The translations under genes and the position numbers were made by a program. Of a DNA stretch of 64,000 nt, positions 1-10,900 are shown in pieces. The DNA is from Schizochytrium sp. TIO01. Taxonomy: Eukaryota; Protista; Bigyra: Labyrinthulomycetes. The stretch is taken from NCBI GenBank assembly GCA_004764695.1, contig SMSO01000035.1, positions 3,360,040 to 3,424,039 of the forward strand, read 5' to 3'. Every line of letters starts with the position of its first letter. Positions within the stretch are counted from its first letter, which is position 1. The notes under the pieces are model-generated. The model made no database searches. It was not told the DNA's origin and saw only the letters and a list, made by a program, of their open reading frames with translations.

Positions 1-12
1 AGCGTTGTCCCA

Positions 13-714
13 ATGAACTCTGACCTCACTTCCTCGTCCCCTCGTCGTCACGGCGACATCCTACTTGTGCGTCATGGTGAAACTAATGGCAATCGAACCA
101 AGGTGCTGCAACAGCCGACTATTCCCTTAAACGAAAACGGCCACCGCCAGGCCCGAAAGGCTGGCGAGCGTATTGCCAGCACCTTCAAGGTGGCCAAGAT
201 TCTCTGCAGTGATCTCCAGCGTACCCAAGACACCGCTGCCCCAATTAAAGAGCTCACAGGCGCTCCTTTGGAGCTCACTCCGCTCCTTCAAGAGCGCAAT
301 TTTGGAGATCTTCGCGGAAGGCCTTTTTCTGAGCTGCATGCTGAAGGGGTTGAGGTTTTTCACCACGCCTACCAGCCTCCGAATGGCGAGTCCGTTTTGA
401 CATTTGCAGATCGTGTTTCTCAGGCGTGGCAACAGATTTTGCAGGCTGTTCGCGAAGTGCCTCCAGGGCAAGTTCTGGTTGTGGTGACGCACGGCCTTGT
501 CCTCAATCAGATTGCCAAGACCCAGCTAGAGCTAGCCAAAGAGGACCTCAGTGCATCGATCATTGCCTTCCGTAATACAAGTATCAGTCTAGTGGATGCT
601 AACTGCGACGCATGCCGCAAGAAAATCATTCACATCTTCAATGATGACTCTCACCTTTCTGAGGAGGACCGTGATCCGACTTTTGGCCAGATCCTCGGCA
701 AGGCCAAAATCTAA
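13..714 (+). CDS. Histidine phosphatase / phosphoglycerate mutase family protein
   Basis: LVRHGET catalytic RHG motif, CSDLQRTQDTA, LQERNFGDLRG, PPNGES and VVTHG motifs; intact 233-aa ORF. Confidence 0.92.
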   Translation: MNSDLTSSSPRRHGDILLVRHGETNGNRTKVLQQPTIPLNENGHRQARKAGERIASTFKVAKILCSDLQRTQDTAAPIKELTGAPLELTPLLQERNFGDLRGRPFSELHAEGVEVFHHAYQPPNGESVLTFADRVSQAWQQILQAVREVPPGQVLVVVTHGLVLNQIAKTQLELAKEDLSASIIAFRNTSISLVDANCDACRKKIIHIFNDDSHLSEEDRDPTFGQILGKAKI

Positions 715-1397
715 TTTATTTCATATATCTTTTGCTTTCTTCTTGACTTGGCATTCTTTCTTAGCTTCATACGAGCTGCGGCAACAATCACTCTAAGAAA
801 CATCGCGTTCAGCATCTCTTCTTTATGTTGATTGTTTGCATAGTGCAGGTACGATCCCAAAGTCACGAATGCAGAGAACTCTACAATGAACCTTCTTACA
901 TAACAGACAGCTTGGGTGCTTTTCACACCCCGAGTGGGCCGCTCGCTCAGTTGGACGAGGGTTTCGCGGATCTCTTCAGTGAACGATCGCTGAGCATATT
1001 TTTTGCGGAAGGTGTGTGAGTGTGTGTCTCTCTCTGTGAAGAGTACGAGCGATACCATGATATCATGTTCCTTCGGCAGGCTAAAAAACGGCATTGTCAT
1101 TCGCAGCTGCAGTAACAGAGGCAACAAGCCATTCGAATAATTGCTCGGGGGGCAAGACAACATTAATAAATAAGACAGAATATGCATGCCTTGATTGTGG
1201 TTATGCAAGGGTGAGGTTCAAGGGGGAAAAGGGGGAGGAGGCCAAAAGCAGAGATAGTTGAGCATCAAACAAAAAAACAAAAAAGCTAGCATTTCTCATT
1301 CAAGACTCTACCCTACAAGGGATCCAAGACAATGACTGTGTGTGTATAGCTCGAAAGAGCACGCCAGACGGGCACGCCTATGCACGCTACACAATGA

Positions 1398-2512
1398 TTA
1401 CTGGTACTGCTGGTTCTCCTGGCAAGCGCGGAGAGCCTGGAAGTAAAACTCGCAGGCAGCAGCGTTGTTGTTCTGCTCCTGGAGGCACTGGTAGAGCTGC
1501 TTCTGGTCAACAGCGCAGGCATCACCGGCCTGGATGTTGTTGTAGCTCGAGGAGGGGACCTGGGGGAGGGCCTGCTGGGGGGCAGAGTGCTGCTGGGGGG
1601 CCTCAGCCGGCTTGTCGTCGGAGCCGGAGAACATGCCCATGACACCGTTGACGGCGGCGTGACCCATGGAGCTACCGACACCAAGGGCCATACCCTGGGC
1701 GACCATGCCACCACTATATTATCCAAGAATATTTCGAAGGTCACCAATCGCAGTTTATTACACAAGATCATAATCGCAGGTGTTGCAAAAACATTCGCAT
1801 GACATTTTCACAGCAATATCGTCAGTCTTCACATTCCTTTTAAACAAAACCATACATGCACGCTTCACAATCGTCCTTGAAACACCACCATCAAAAAGAT
1901 ACCATTCAAGAAGAGAACCAGTCAACACTCGTGATCACCAGCTTGCATGTGAAAGAGCAAGCTCGGTATATCTCTCGTTTCGCATCTTCTCTGGTCCTAG
2001 ATTCCTTCCATGCTACGGCCACGAAAACTGCCAAAGAAGAGCAAACGAAAAACAAGCTCGGCTCTCCAAGACGTTTCTGTCTCCGTCTGGGATCTCCCTT
2101 CGCGAGCCATATATCATCATCGGCGTCGAAGAGCTCCCGAGCAAGTTGAGAGGGTCTCGTGAATTTCGAGGTCGCTGGTTTTCTCCATATTCTCGATAGA
2201 TACTGACTGTACTCTGTGTTTGGACGAGGGTGAAAACGCAATAGAACAAAAGAAAACTTACAGGCCAGACATCATGCCGCCGGAAGCCGGGGCTGCGGCG
2301 GGGGCAGCGGCGGGCATGGGGGCGGGGGGAGGGGCGTGGTGCTGGGCAGGGGGCGGTGCGTGGTGCTGGGCGGCGGGAGCGTGGTGCTGGGCCGGGGGCG
2401 GGGCCGGGGCGGCCTGCGCCTTGGAGGGGGCGGGGGCAGCCTTGCGGCCAAACATGCCGCCGCCGCCGCCGGAGGAGCTGCTGGAGCTGGCGCCGCCACG
2501 TCGTCTGCCCAT
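1398..2512 (-). CDS. CHCHD2: CHCHD2/CHCHD10 (Mix17)-like mitochondrial intermembrane-space protein, 2 exons (2512-2262, 1713-1398)
   Basis: Arg/Ser/Pro/Ala-rich N-terminus; GGMMSGL|GGMVAQGMALGVGSSMGHAAV hydrophobic helix; C-terminal twin CX9C motif (CAVDQKQLYQC...CEFYFQALRAC). Intron 2261-1714 has a GTAAGT donor and TAG acceptor and joins in frame (CT+T=Leu). Confidence 0.9.
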
Positions 2513-3059
2513 TGTCTTAGCTTAAAGTAGTTGCTACGCTACTGCTCAACTGTCTGTCTCTGCTGTGCCGCGCAAACTTTGCTTGCGCTTGGACGTTCAC
2601 GAGTTGCAAGTTTGCTGTCGATTGATCTCTTTTCTCTCTTTCTCTCATCAATCAATTTCATTCATTCGTATTGTCCAGTTTACGCTATGTAAACATAGGA
2701 CTGCCCTAGGCGCCAGTACTTGTTTATCCTTAATCGCCCTTTCTCATTGAAATGTAATGTTATCATATCATACATAATCACTTTTTTGGTTTTCTTTTTT
2801 CTTTCTTTCTTTCTTTCTTTTAGTCCTGAAAGTCCTGAAAGTCCTAAAGCTGAGAAGACGATGGATTTCTGCGCATCGAAAGCCGTCGAAGATCGCGAAT
2901 TCGCAGTTCCGCACATTCGCAGCGGCGTCGAAGAGGAGGCTCTCACTCTCCCGCGACGCCACCATGCACCACTGCACAATCCGCGGCTGTTTCCATTCTT
3001 CGTGAATAAACGATGGTCAACGAATCATCTGCAAATGAACGAAAGCGCTGTTTGGGCTT

Positions 3060-3447
3060 TTTAATTCTATTTGTACCATTGTTTTCTTTTCTTTATTTAG
3101 TTTTATTTTATTTTATTTTATTTTATTTTAAAATAACATATATATACACATATATGTATACACATATGTATGTACATATAAGATTTTCCTCTTCCTCTCT
3201 AAGCAAAAAAGAGAAGTTCTGTAAAAGAGAGTCCCCTTGCTACATGCAGGTAGGCGACTCCTACGCCACTCTCTCACGGTTCAACTTCGTTCTGCTTTTC
3301 TTTCGGTTCTTTCTCTTTCCGCGGGGCGGCTAGCTAGGACCTCCCTATCCCCACATAGGCTTTTCTGCGGAGGGCAGGCGGCTAGCTCTTTTTGGCTCTG
3401 CTAAGGCGCATATAGCTAATTCATTAAGGTGCGCAGCTTTAAAGGCC

Positions 3448-3490
<43 letters not shown>

Positions 3491-4025
3491 CTCTTCTTTC
3501 TTTCTCATCTTAATCCTTTTAAAACAAGCTTTATGCTGCTTTTAAAAACTATAAAAAGCACAAAGAAGAAAGAAAAGGTCCTTTAGAGAGAGAGAGAGAG
3601 AGTTGTGGAGGCGTCGGGGAAACTGGCCGCCCCACACTATAGGGAGGTACATGGGTCGGGGAAACCAGCCGGTCCTGCGTTTTTGAGGGTCCCTGGCTTC
3701 GGCCCATGCGCTCGATCGATACTCTGCCTGGAAAGCCGTGACTCCGTTGGAGCCTGCATAGCGAAGGCGCGTCCCTCACCTTCGCTGCCTCTGAGAGCGC
3801 TTATCTGGCCAAGGCCACGGCCTTCTGCTCAGATGCACGGCAGTCGGAGCCGCATTTGCCGCCTTCTGCTCATGCCGATTGGGCCTCGTTCCGCGCGGGT
3901 CTTCATTAGCCTCAAGCAGAGGGTTTCCAGAAACTCTGCTGAGGCGGCCCCTCTCGGAGAAACCTCCGACTGCTAGCAGCACTCCTACTGCCACTAACGG
4001 CTTGCTTTCTTTCTATCTTTTTTTC

Positions 4026-4083
<58 letters not shown>

Positions 4084-5220
4084 CTGTCGCGTTCTTCTTT
4101 TGTGTGGTACTTTGGTTTCTTTATGGTCAGAATATGTTTTACTTTAGTTTATTTCTTTCTTTCTTTCTGCAAAGATTGGGATAAGGGGCTTTGAGAGGCT
4201 TAAAGGCGGTTTGCAATGGAAAGAAAAAGGCACTGCTTACTTGCTTGCTTTTATTTACTTACTTACTTCACTCATGGTTGGCCATCTTTGCGAAGAAGTT
4301 GGCGAGTTCTGCGGCCGAGTTGGAGATCCTGAGAGTATCGATCGAAAGACCTCCTCGATGCTGGACTTTCTCTAGCCAGAGGCTCAATTGATATTGATTG
4401 ATTTTGGTAAACCCCGGTACGTTTTCTGGATTTTAGTTACCTTTAGCAGTTCTGCATTTGCACTACATTGCATATCATTCATTGCATTGCATTGCATTGC
4501 ATTGCATTGCATTGCATTCATTACATTACATTACATTACATTTCATCGCATATCGTCTCAATCCCCGGCGCCGACGCGAGTGATTAAACGCCGACCGCCG
4601 ACCACCGAAGCCTGTACAACCTGCTCACTACCAGGGATCACGCAGCGGGACTGCGCCTGGTCGACCTCTGCAGAAAAGCCTCGAAGAAACAAACGATCGA
4701 ATGACTGAGTGAGTGATTCGTTCATTCATTCATTCATTCATTCATTCATTCATGCGTCGATTTCCCCAGAGATCAGCGATCGATCGATTGTTAGTGCTTT
4801 CCTTCCCACCAAGTGCTAGTAGTTTCGGTAGCGCACGGTGCTCGACGAGCGGCTCCGCGAACCTAACCTAACCTAACCTAACCTAACCCGACCCGTACCC
4901 GTACCCTAGGCAAGCCTAACCCATCAAAGAGCGATGTCGCTGCGCTCAATCGCTCGCTTCGCTCTGAGTCCGTGAAGGAACTGAGCACGTGGCCCATGAA
5001 CAAATAAGATGAATGAACGAATGAATGAATGAATGAATGAATGAATGAATGAATGAATTTATCAATGCGGAGCTGAGAATGTCGTGCAATGCGGGCTCTC
5101 TAAGGCGCAGAGAAGTGCTTCTTTGGTAAAGAAAGAATAGAATGGGATTGTATTGTATTGTATTGTATTGTATTGTATTGTATTGTATTGTATTGTAATT
5201 GTAATTGATTGTAATTTGTG
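3060..5220. repeat. Microsatellite-rich intergenic tract: (TTTTA)n, (TTTC)n twice, (ATTGC)n, (TCAT)n, (CCTAA)n, (GAAT)n, (TATTG)n
   Basis: Runs read directly, e.g. ~3450-3490, 4026-4082, 4480-4517, 4721-4753, 4861-4887, 5010-5057, 5147-5196. Confidence 0.9.
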
Positions 5221-6811
5221 TGAGAGGAAAGGGTGCACTATGGGTGCCCGAAAAGCACGTACCGAGGGCTTTCGGAACGTGCGAGTGGACCGAAGCGAGA
5301 GCCGCGTCAATGACAATCCTCGCGTTGCGAGTCTTCTCTGTTCTCCGTACGCCACAGGAAGTTTTCCGCGTCGTTATCATCCTGGACCTGACCAAGAGCA
5401 CAGTTGAACTTCAATTTTTGTAAACTGTGGCCAAGTTCTTCAGCAAGAGCCGCTAAATGGTCGTCCTAAGCCATCTTCGGAGTTCGGTATTCGCAACTGG
5501 GCACGAATTGAAAAACGACACAGCAGAGATCATGATGAGACAACTTACAGACTCCAGTTCTTTGGGTAACGTCGTGGAACAAGAAGCAACATCAGTTCTA
5601 GTCGATGCCGGAAATCGCAAGGGACACTTTGATGTTCATTCGGTCTGTGACAAATCAAGCAAACGAGAAGCCAGCTTTTCGTTAACCTTGGCGAGTTCTA
5701 AAACTTGGGCTTACAACCACGGGGTCCCGAATAACCTGGTCAAGTCGATCAAGGCGGCCATAATAACTAACCCTCGTGATGCTCGCCAAAACTACGATCG
5801 CTGTTGTCTTCATCGCGTATCCTTACAAGACGCTGGCCAGGAACTTTAGACAAAGTCCGTCGCAGGGAAGAATTGAATTGACAAATTGATAACTTGCATT
5901 TCACGGGCGGCCACTTTCTTTTGATCTGATCACGAGTCCTGGACTCGGAAAAGTGAGACTTCTTCGTAGCGCGGGAGTCCAAGTGACCTCTATAAGTAAG
6001 GTAAGGCTAATTCGGAATTAAGTTGTATTATTTCTGCAAATCGCTCACCTAAGCTTCCAGCCATAGTAATTTCGTGCCTTGTCATCCAAACTCTCCCGCT
6101 CAAGGCCAGATCTCCAAGTCATGAAAGCGAAACCTACTGACGAGGATCCTTAGTAGTCTATCTCGGCTCGAGACGACCTTGATATATCCAAGTTCCGCTT
6201 TTTTTTTGTTGCTTTTTTTTTTTAACTTTCAAAGTCAACAAACTACTTTTCAAAGAGAACAGAGAATGATTCATATTAGGGCACCTACTAGTAGCAATGC
6301 TATTCACGAGGGGTAGTAGTCGTACTATGTTTTTTTTCGAGAGTCTTCTTCCATTCTTTTGATCAAATAATGTGATGATGATAACATATGTAAATCGAGG
6401 GCTCTGATATCGCAAGAAATTCCGCAGCTATTCTTCTAAAGCCGTTGCGGAGGAATATTCCAAAAGCTACCTGAGCGCCGCTTCTGATCTTGGTCTGTCC
6501 AGAGCAAGCAGATATCTACGAACGGATATTTCAATTGAAATTAGAGCACCAAGAAATTGCAACCCAAGAAAGCCACGAGACGACAATCGCCTTGTTGTTA
6601 ATAATCAGTACCTAGTACCTACAGTGGCCACAATATGGGACCTTTGGGTTTGTTATGTTACGTTTGCCCCAGATGAACATGGACAGGGAAAGATTGCCAA
6701 CTTGGTGATTTGTTGAGGTGAGTCGAAGTCGTCGCGTAATACTGCTTGGATCGACTTGACCGAAGCCCAGCAGGAGGCTTTGAAGATCTTGGGAAATACC
6801 TGAGAGGTTCA

Positions 6812-7651
6812 ATGCGTGATGTTGTGAACGCAAGGCGCCTCGCTCGCTCGTGTGGAGCGATTGTTGCCACCGAGAGTCCGACGAGGCGGGATGTCAAACG
6901 GCTGCAAAACTACGTGTCAGTTCTGAGGCAGTATGTGGACAACTTGCAGCGCATGCAGATGGACGGTGAGCGCATTTTAGAAATGGAGAACCATGAACTC
7001 GTAGAACTATCGCAGAAACTGGTCATCTTTGAGACATTCGTTAAAGAACACCAGTACGCTCTCCAAAAAGGAGAGGCAAGACCTGAAGCACCTCCTTTGA
7101 CACGGCAGGCGTCTGAACAGCGCCTGCGGGAAAGAGTATCCTCGATGAACAATGACACAGGCAGCCCAAAACCCATTGAAAATGCTGATTTGACCTCACA
7201 TTTGCGCAATGAATACACAGAACAGACTGCACCTGCACAATACCATGAGCAACGAGAAGAACTTCTTGGGCGAACGGAGGCGCCACCATCATCCTTTGCC
7301 GATTTCATGGCAGGCCACGGAACTAGCGCAAATGCGGTGGAAGACCAATTGCGCCAAATGGAGGAAGAGCAAGAACTTCTTAAGGATGATGTCAGCAAAA
7401 TGGTCGGTAACTTGCGTCATCGCCTGCTTGGCATCAACGATAACCTCCAAACTGATAAACGTAATATTGACATGGTCAGTGATCGTGCTGATAAGAGTCT
7501 TGACACTTTAAGTGCAATGACACAGCGACTCAATATCACATTAGCAACCTCATCGTACAACTGTAAAATGTGCACAGTAGGCGTTTTCATTGTGTTGGCG
7601 CTTTGGGTTTTTGCGTACCTTGTTATGCGTATATTCCCCAAGGTTAAGTAG
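6812..7651 (+). CDS. USE1: USE1-like Qc-SNARE (ER retrograde transport)
   Basis: N-terminal NARRLARSC and RLQNYVSVLRQYVDNL resemble the USE1 N-terminal motifs; C-terminal SNARE heptads and a tail-anchor TM (VGVFIVLALWVFAYLVMRIFPK). First ATG at 6812; the track start at 6746 is TTG. Confidence 0.82.
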   Translation: MRDVVNARRLARSCGAIVATESPTRRDVKRLQNYVSVLRQYVDNLQRMQMDGERILEMENHELVELSQKLVIFETFVKEHQYALQKGEARPEAPPLTRQASEQRLRERVSSMNNDTGSPKPIENADLTSHLRNEYTEQTAPAQYHEQREELLGRTEAPPSSFADFMAGHGTSANAVEDQLRQMEEEQELLKDDVSKMVGNLRHRLLGINDNLQTDKRNIDMVSDRADKSLDTLSAMTQRLNITLATSSYNCKMCTVGVFIVLALWVFAYLVMRIFPKVK

Positions 7652-7980
7652 GATAATTCCAAGCCTGTTGCGGCCTTAGCATATATGTGTTCCACTTTAC
7701 CACGCTAGATTATATCGTCAACTCAGTATTTGGAGAAGTTGGCATATTGAAACCAATTATAAGTGACCAAGGAAAGCCTGTAGGATTGAATAAGATCAAT
7801 GATTGCATTAGTTAAGTCATTGCAAAAAGGCAAACATCTATGTATTATGTAGCAAAATAAAGCATTCAAAAGTTTGCCTATCTGTGTGCATTTTATGTAT
7901 ATTGCAGGGACGCACTTGAAGATAATGAATATGTCACCACCAATCGTGCTTTTGACAATCGGCCTTTCAAAGACTTCTCT

Positions 7981-10900
7981 TTAGCGCCGTGAATGCTTGT
8001 GCTTGCCATTGCCGTGTTTAGATTGGTTCTGATGGCGAAGTCGTGCCTTCTCGGCCTTCTTCTGTCGCTTTACAAAAGCACCGACCCGAGTTTTTGTACC
8101 CGGAATAAGGTTCTCCTTCTCCATAAACAGGTTTGCAGAGAGAGCTTCTTCGAAAACAGCACGCTCACGGGCAATGCGAGCATCCAAAGACTGTCTACGC
8201 TTAGCTCGGAAAGCTTGCTCAAACGCTGAGGCTTCCTCGTACAGCTCGGATTGCTCGCGCTTGCGCTTGTTGCGTGCACTCTGCAATTTTGCCATGAGCT
8301 CCTTCTGTTTATCAAGTGCCTCTTGGGCCTTGGACACTGCTGCGCGAGCAGGGGTAGAAAGTTTCTTCTCCGTCGGATCAGCTGCAGTGGCATCGGAAGA
8401 GGAAGAAGAAGAAGCTTTGACGGGCGAAATATATGTTGTCTTCGTCACTACCTCGCCCTCAACCTCGTCTCCTGAGTCCTCTCCGTGATCCCCGTCGTAG
8501 GAGGAGTCATCTTCAGATGAATCAGCATCGTCTTCGACTTTTGTCTCAGCGACAGTGGCAATCTTTGAGGAATCAATCGCAACTGCTCTCACGACACTCT
8601 GTACCGAGGTAGATAAGTTAACCTTAGCTTCTGATTTCCGCCGCTTAGACTTTGAATCCTTCCCAGCAAGGTACGCAAAGTACTCTTCATCCAATTCATC
8701 ATGCGACGAATCGTCCTCTGAGGATTCAACATAATCGTCATCATTTGCTTTAGGCGCACCTTTGGGAAGTACGATCTCGGAAGTAGATTCTTCCTCGGGA
8801 GCTTTCCCCGCTGTTTCAGATTGCACTTTTTCGTCAAGGTCGCCATTCTTGCGATCTCCCTTTGTCTCTCCTAGCTCTTCAGGAGCATGAATGACCTCGT
8901 CTATTTCCATTGAATCAGATTCCAAGTCAACGTTTTCTACAATAGAAGAGGGTATTGATGTGTTGCTCTGAGGCTCGGTAATGGCGGTGCACTCCAAGCT
9001 GTTCTCGATCGAGCTCGTTTCAGCTTGCACGGGCTCTGGGAAAGTAAAACTCTTCTCTGCCATGCCTTTCTCTAGGGTTGAGGTAATTTCATCAGGATTA
9101 GGAGCAACATCCTCCGCCTTGGCTGAACTCATGGCAACAGTATCTTTCTGATCTACAGTTTCAGAACATGCACTCTCATCCTTTGCGCAGTCAGGGACAA
9201 GAATTTCATCGGCACTGCTAGCATCATTGTCCCGTTGCTCATCAGCGGTTTCCATGGATGGTACAAATTCCGCCAAGTTCTTCTCAACGTCATTTTTGTC
9301 CTCCACTTCTACTTCCGTACACTGGATATCTTGTTGACGCAACCCAGTGATACTTTCAACAACTTCATGTGTGCTTTCTTGCACATCCTCCTCTTCAATT
9401 TCATTAGAAATCTGACAGTTGTCTCCAGCGGGAGTTGGATCCTCGCATACTTCGTCTTTCAAAGATACATGGCTGTTGTTATCAAAATCCTCGTCAATAG
9501 TGGGGATTCTGGCGATAGAACTCACTCTCTGTTCTACGTTTTCGTCAGAGGAAATCTCTTTAGATTCTGCAGAAATGCTTTCTGTGTAGCATTCGTTGAC
9601 ACCCGGTGCGACTTCATCGGTTTCTGACTTTTCTTCACCAACAAAGTTCTTTCCATCATTGTCCTCAAGCTCGCCAGATTTATCTTCAAGACCACAAGCA
9701 ATGGACTCAGCTTCATCATTTGTTTGGATAATGACGCATGTTTGCTTCTCTTCAGTAGTCAAAGTAGTACTGCACAAGGCATCTTTAGTAGTGTTGGCTA
9801 TCTCAAGGTCTTCCGTAGACTCAACGACTACTTCAGATTCTAAAAACTCTTTAGTAGCGGAGGTGCCTGCCTCGTTAACTGCAAGGGCTTCACAGGATGT
9901 TGCCTCAGGGGATGTTTTCACAACAATAGCTTCTGCTGGATCAGCATGAGCATTTTCAGACTCAGTGCGCAACTGTGCCTGAGATAGTTGGATTTCGCAG
10001 AAGATGTTCCTTTCGGCTTCCTTGGCATCATCATTGTTCTGTTGCATATCATCATCGGCGTTGTGGCTATCTGCTAGGCTTTCATCGTCTCTCTCCATAG
10101 CATCACACTCTGCTTCGCAATCTTTAAGCGCAACCTCGGGGTTGTCGTGAGTTTTCAATGGGGTATCCTGATTATCCTGTCCATTAATTTTGACCTCGCC
10201 CTCAGCCTGGGAATCCTGCACGAGGGAACCTACAATTTCAGGTAGAGCAGGGTTCACTTTTTCAGTATTGGAGCCAGTTTCTGAGGAAGATTGCGATTCC
10301 GTGGTAGTAGTGACAGGCTCCACAAGGAAACTTTCTTCTTGCTTTGTCTCCTCGGGGCCGTGCTGTTCGACCTCAAGTTGCATTCCTTCCTGGGAATTCA
10401 CGTTATAAGCTGTATGTTGCACCTCAACAGCAACGAAGTTATGTTGAGAATCAGTAGTTTCTTCCATGTGTGATTCCGTAGGCTCGACCTCCATCGCGCT
10501 GTCTTCGATGTTCTCGCCATCTTCGATAACAGCATCTTTCATTGTCGTAAGATCGGCTTCAATTTCTTCACTTGACTTCGCGACTTCCCCCATATTACGG
10601 GCAGGCACACCTGTCTCAAGTTCCATGCCACAGTCTTCAGCGGTAGCGGTAGTATCTTGCATAGCTGAGTCATCATGTCCCGCAATAGCCTGCTCGGTCT
10701 CGCTTTTCGTGTTCACTTCATTTGTTACTTTCGCAGCATCAATAGCAGTGTCACTTAAGGTAGCCTCCGCATCCTCATATTGGTTGCTTGAAACCCCAGA
10801 TTCATCTCCCTCTAGCACAATGTCGGTGCTACCCATGTCTAGCTGCATCTCGTCTGAATCACTGGCAGGGATGGCAATTTGGTCTTTCTTCATTCCCGGG

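Noticed and set aside
2114-2120. C-box ATGATGA in the CHCHD intron (minus strand)
   Set aside because: No CTGA D-box within snoRNA distance.
2680-5423. Many short ORFs with FFLS, IALHC and IQYNT repeats
   Set aside because: Translations of microsatellites.
5457-5849. 130-aa ORF as a gene
   Set aside because: No recognisable motif; possibly a decayed fragment, but I cannot support a call.
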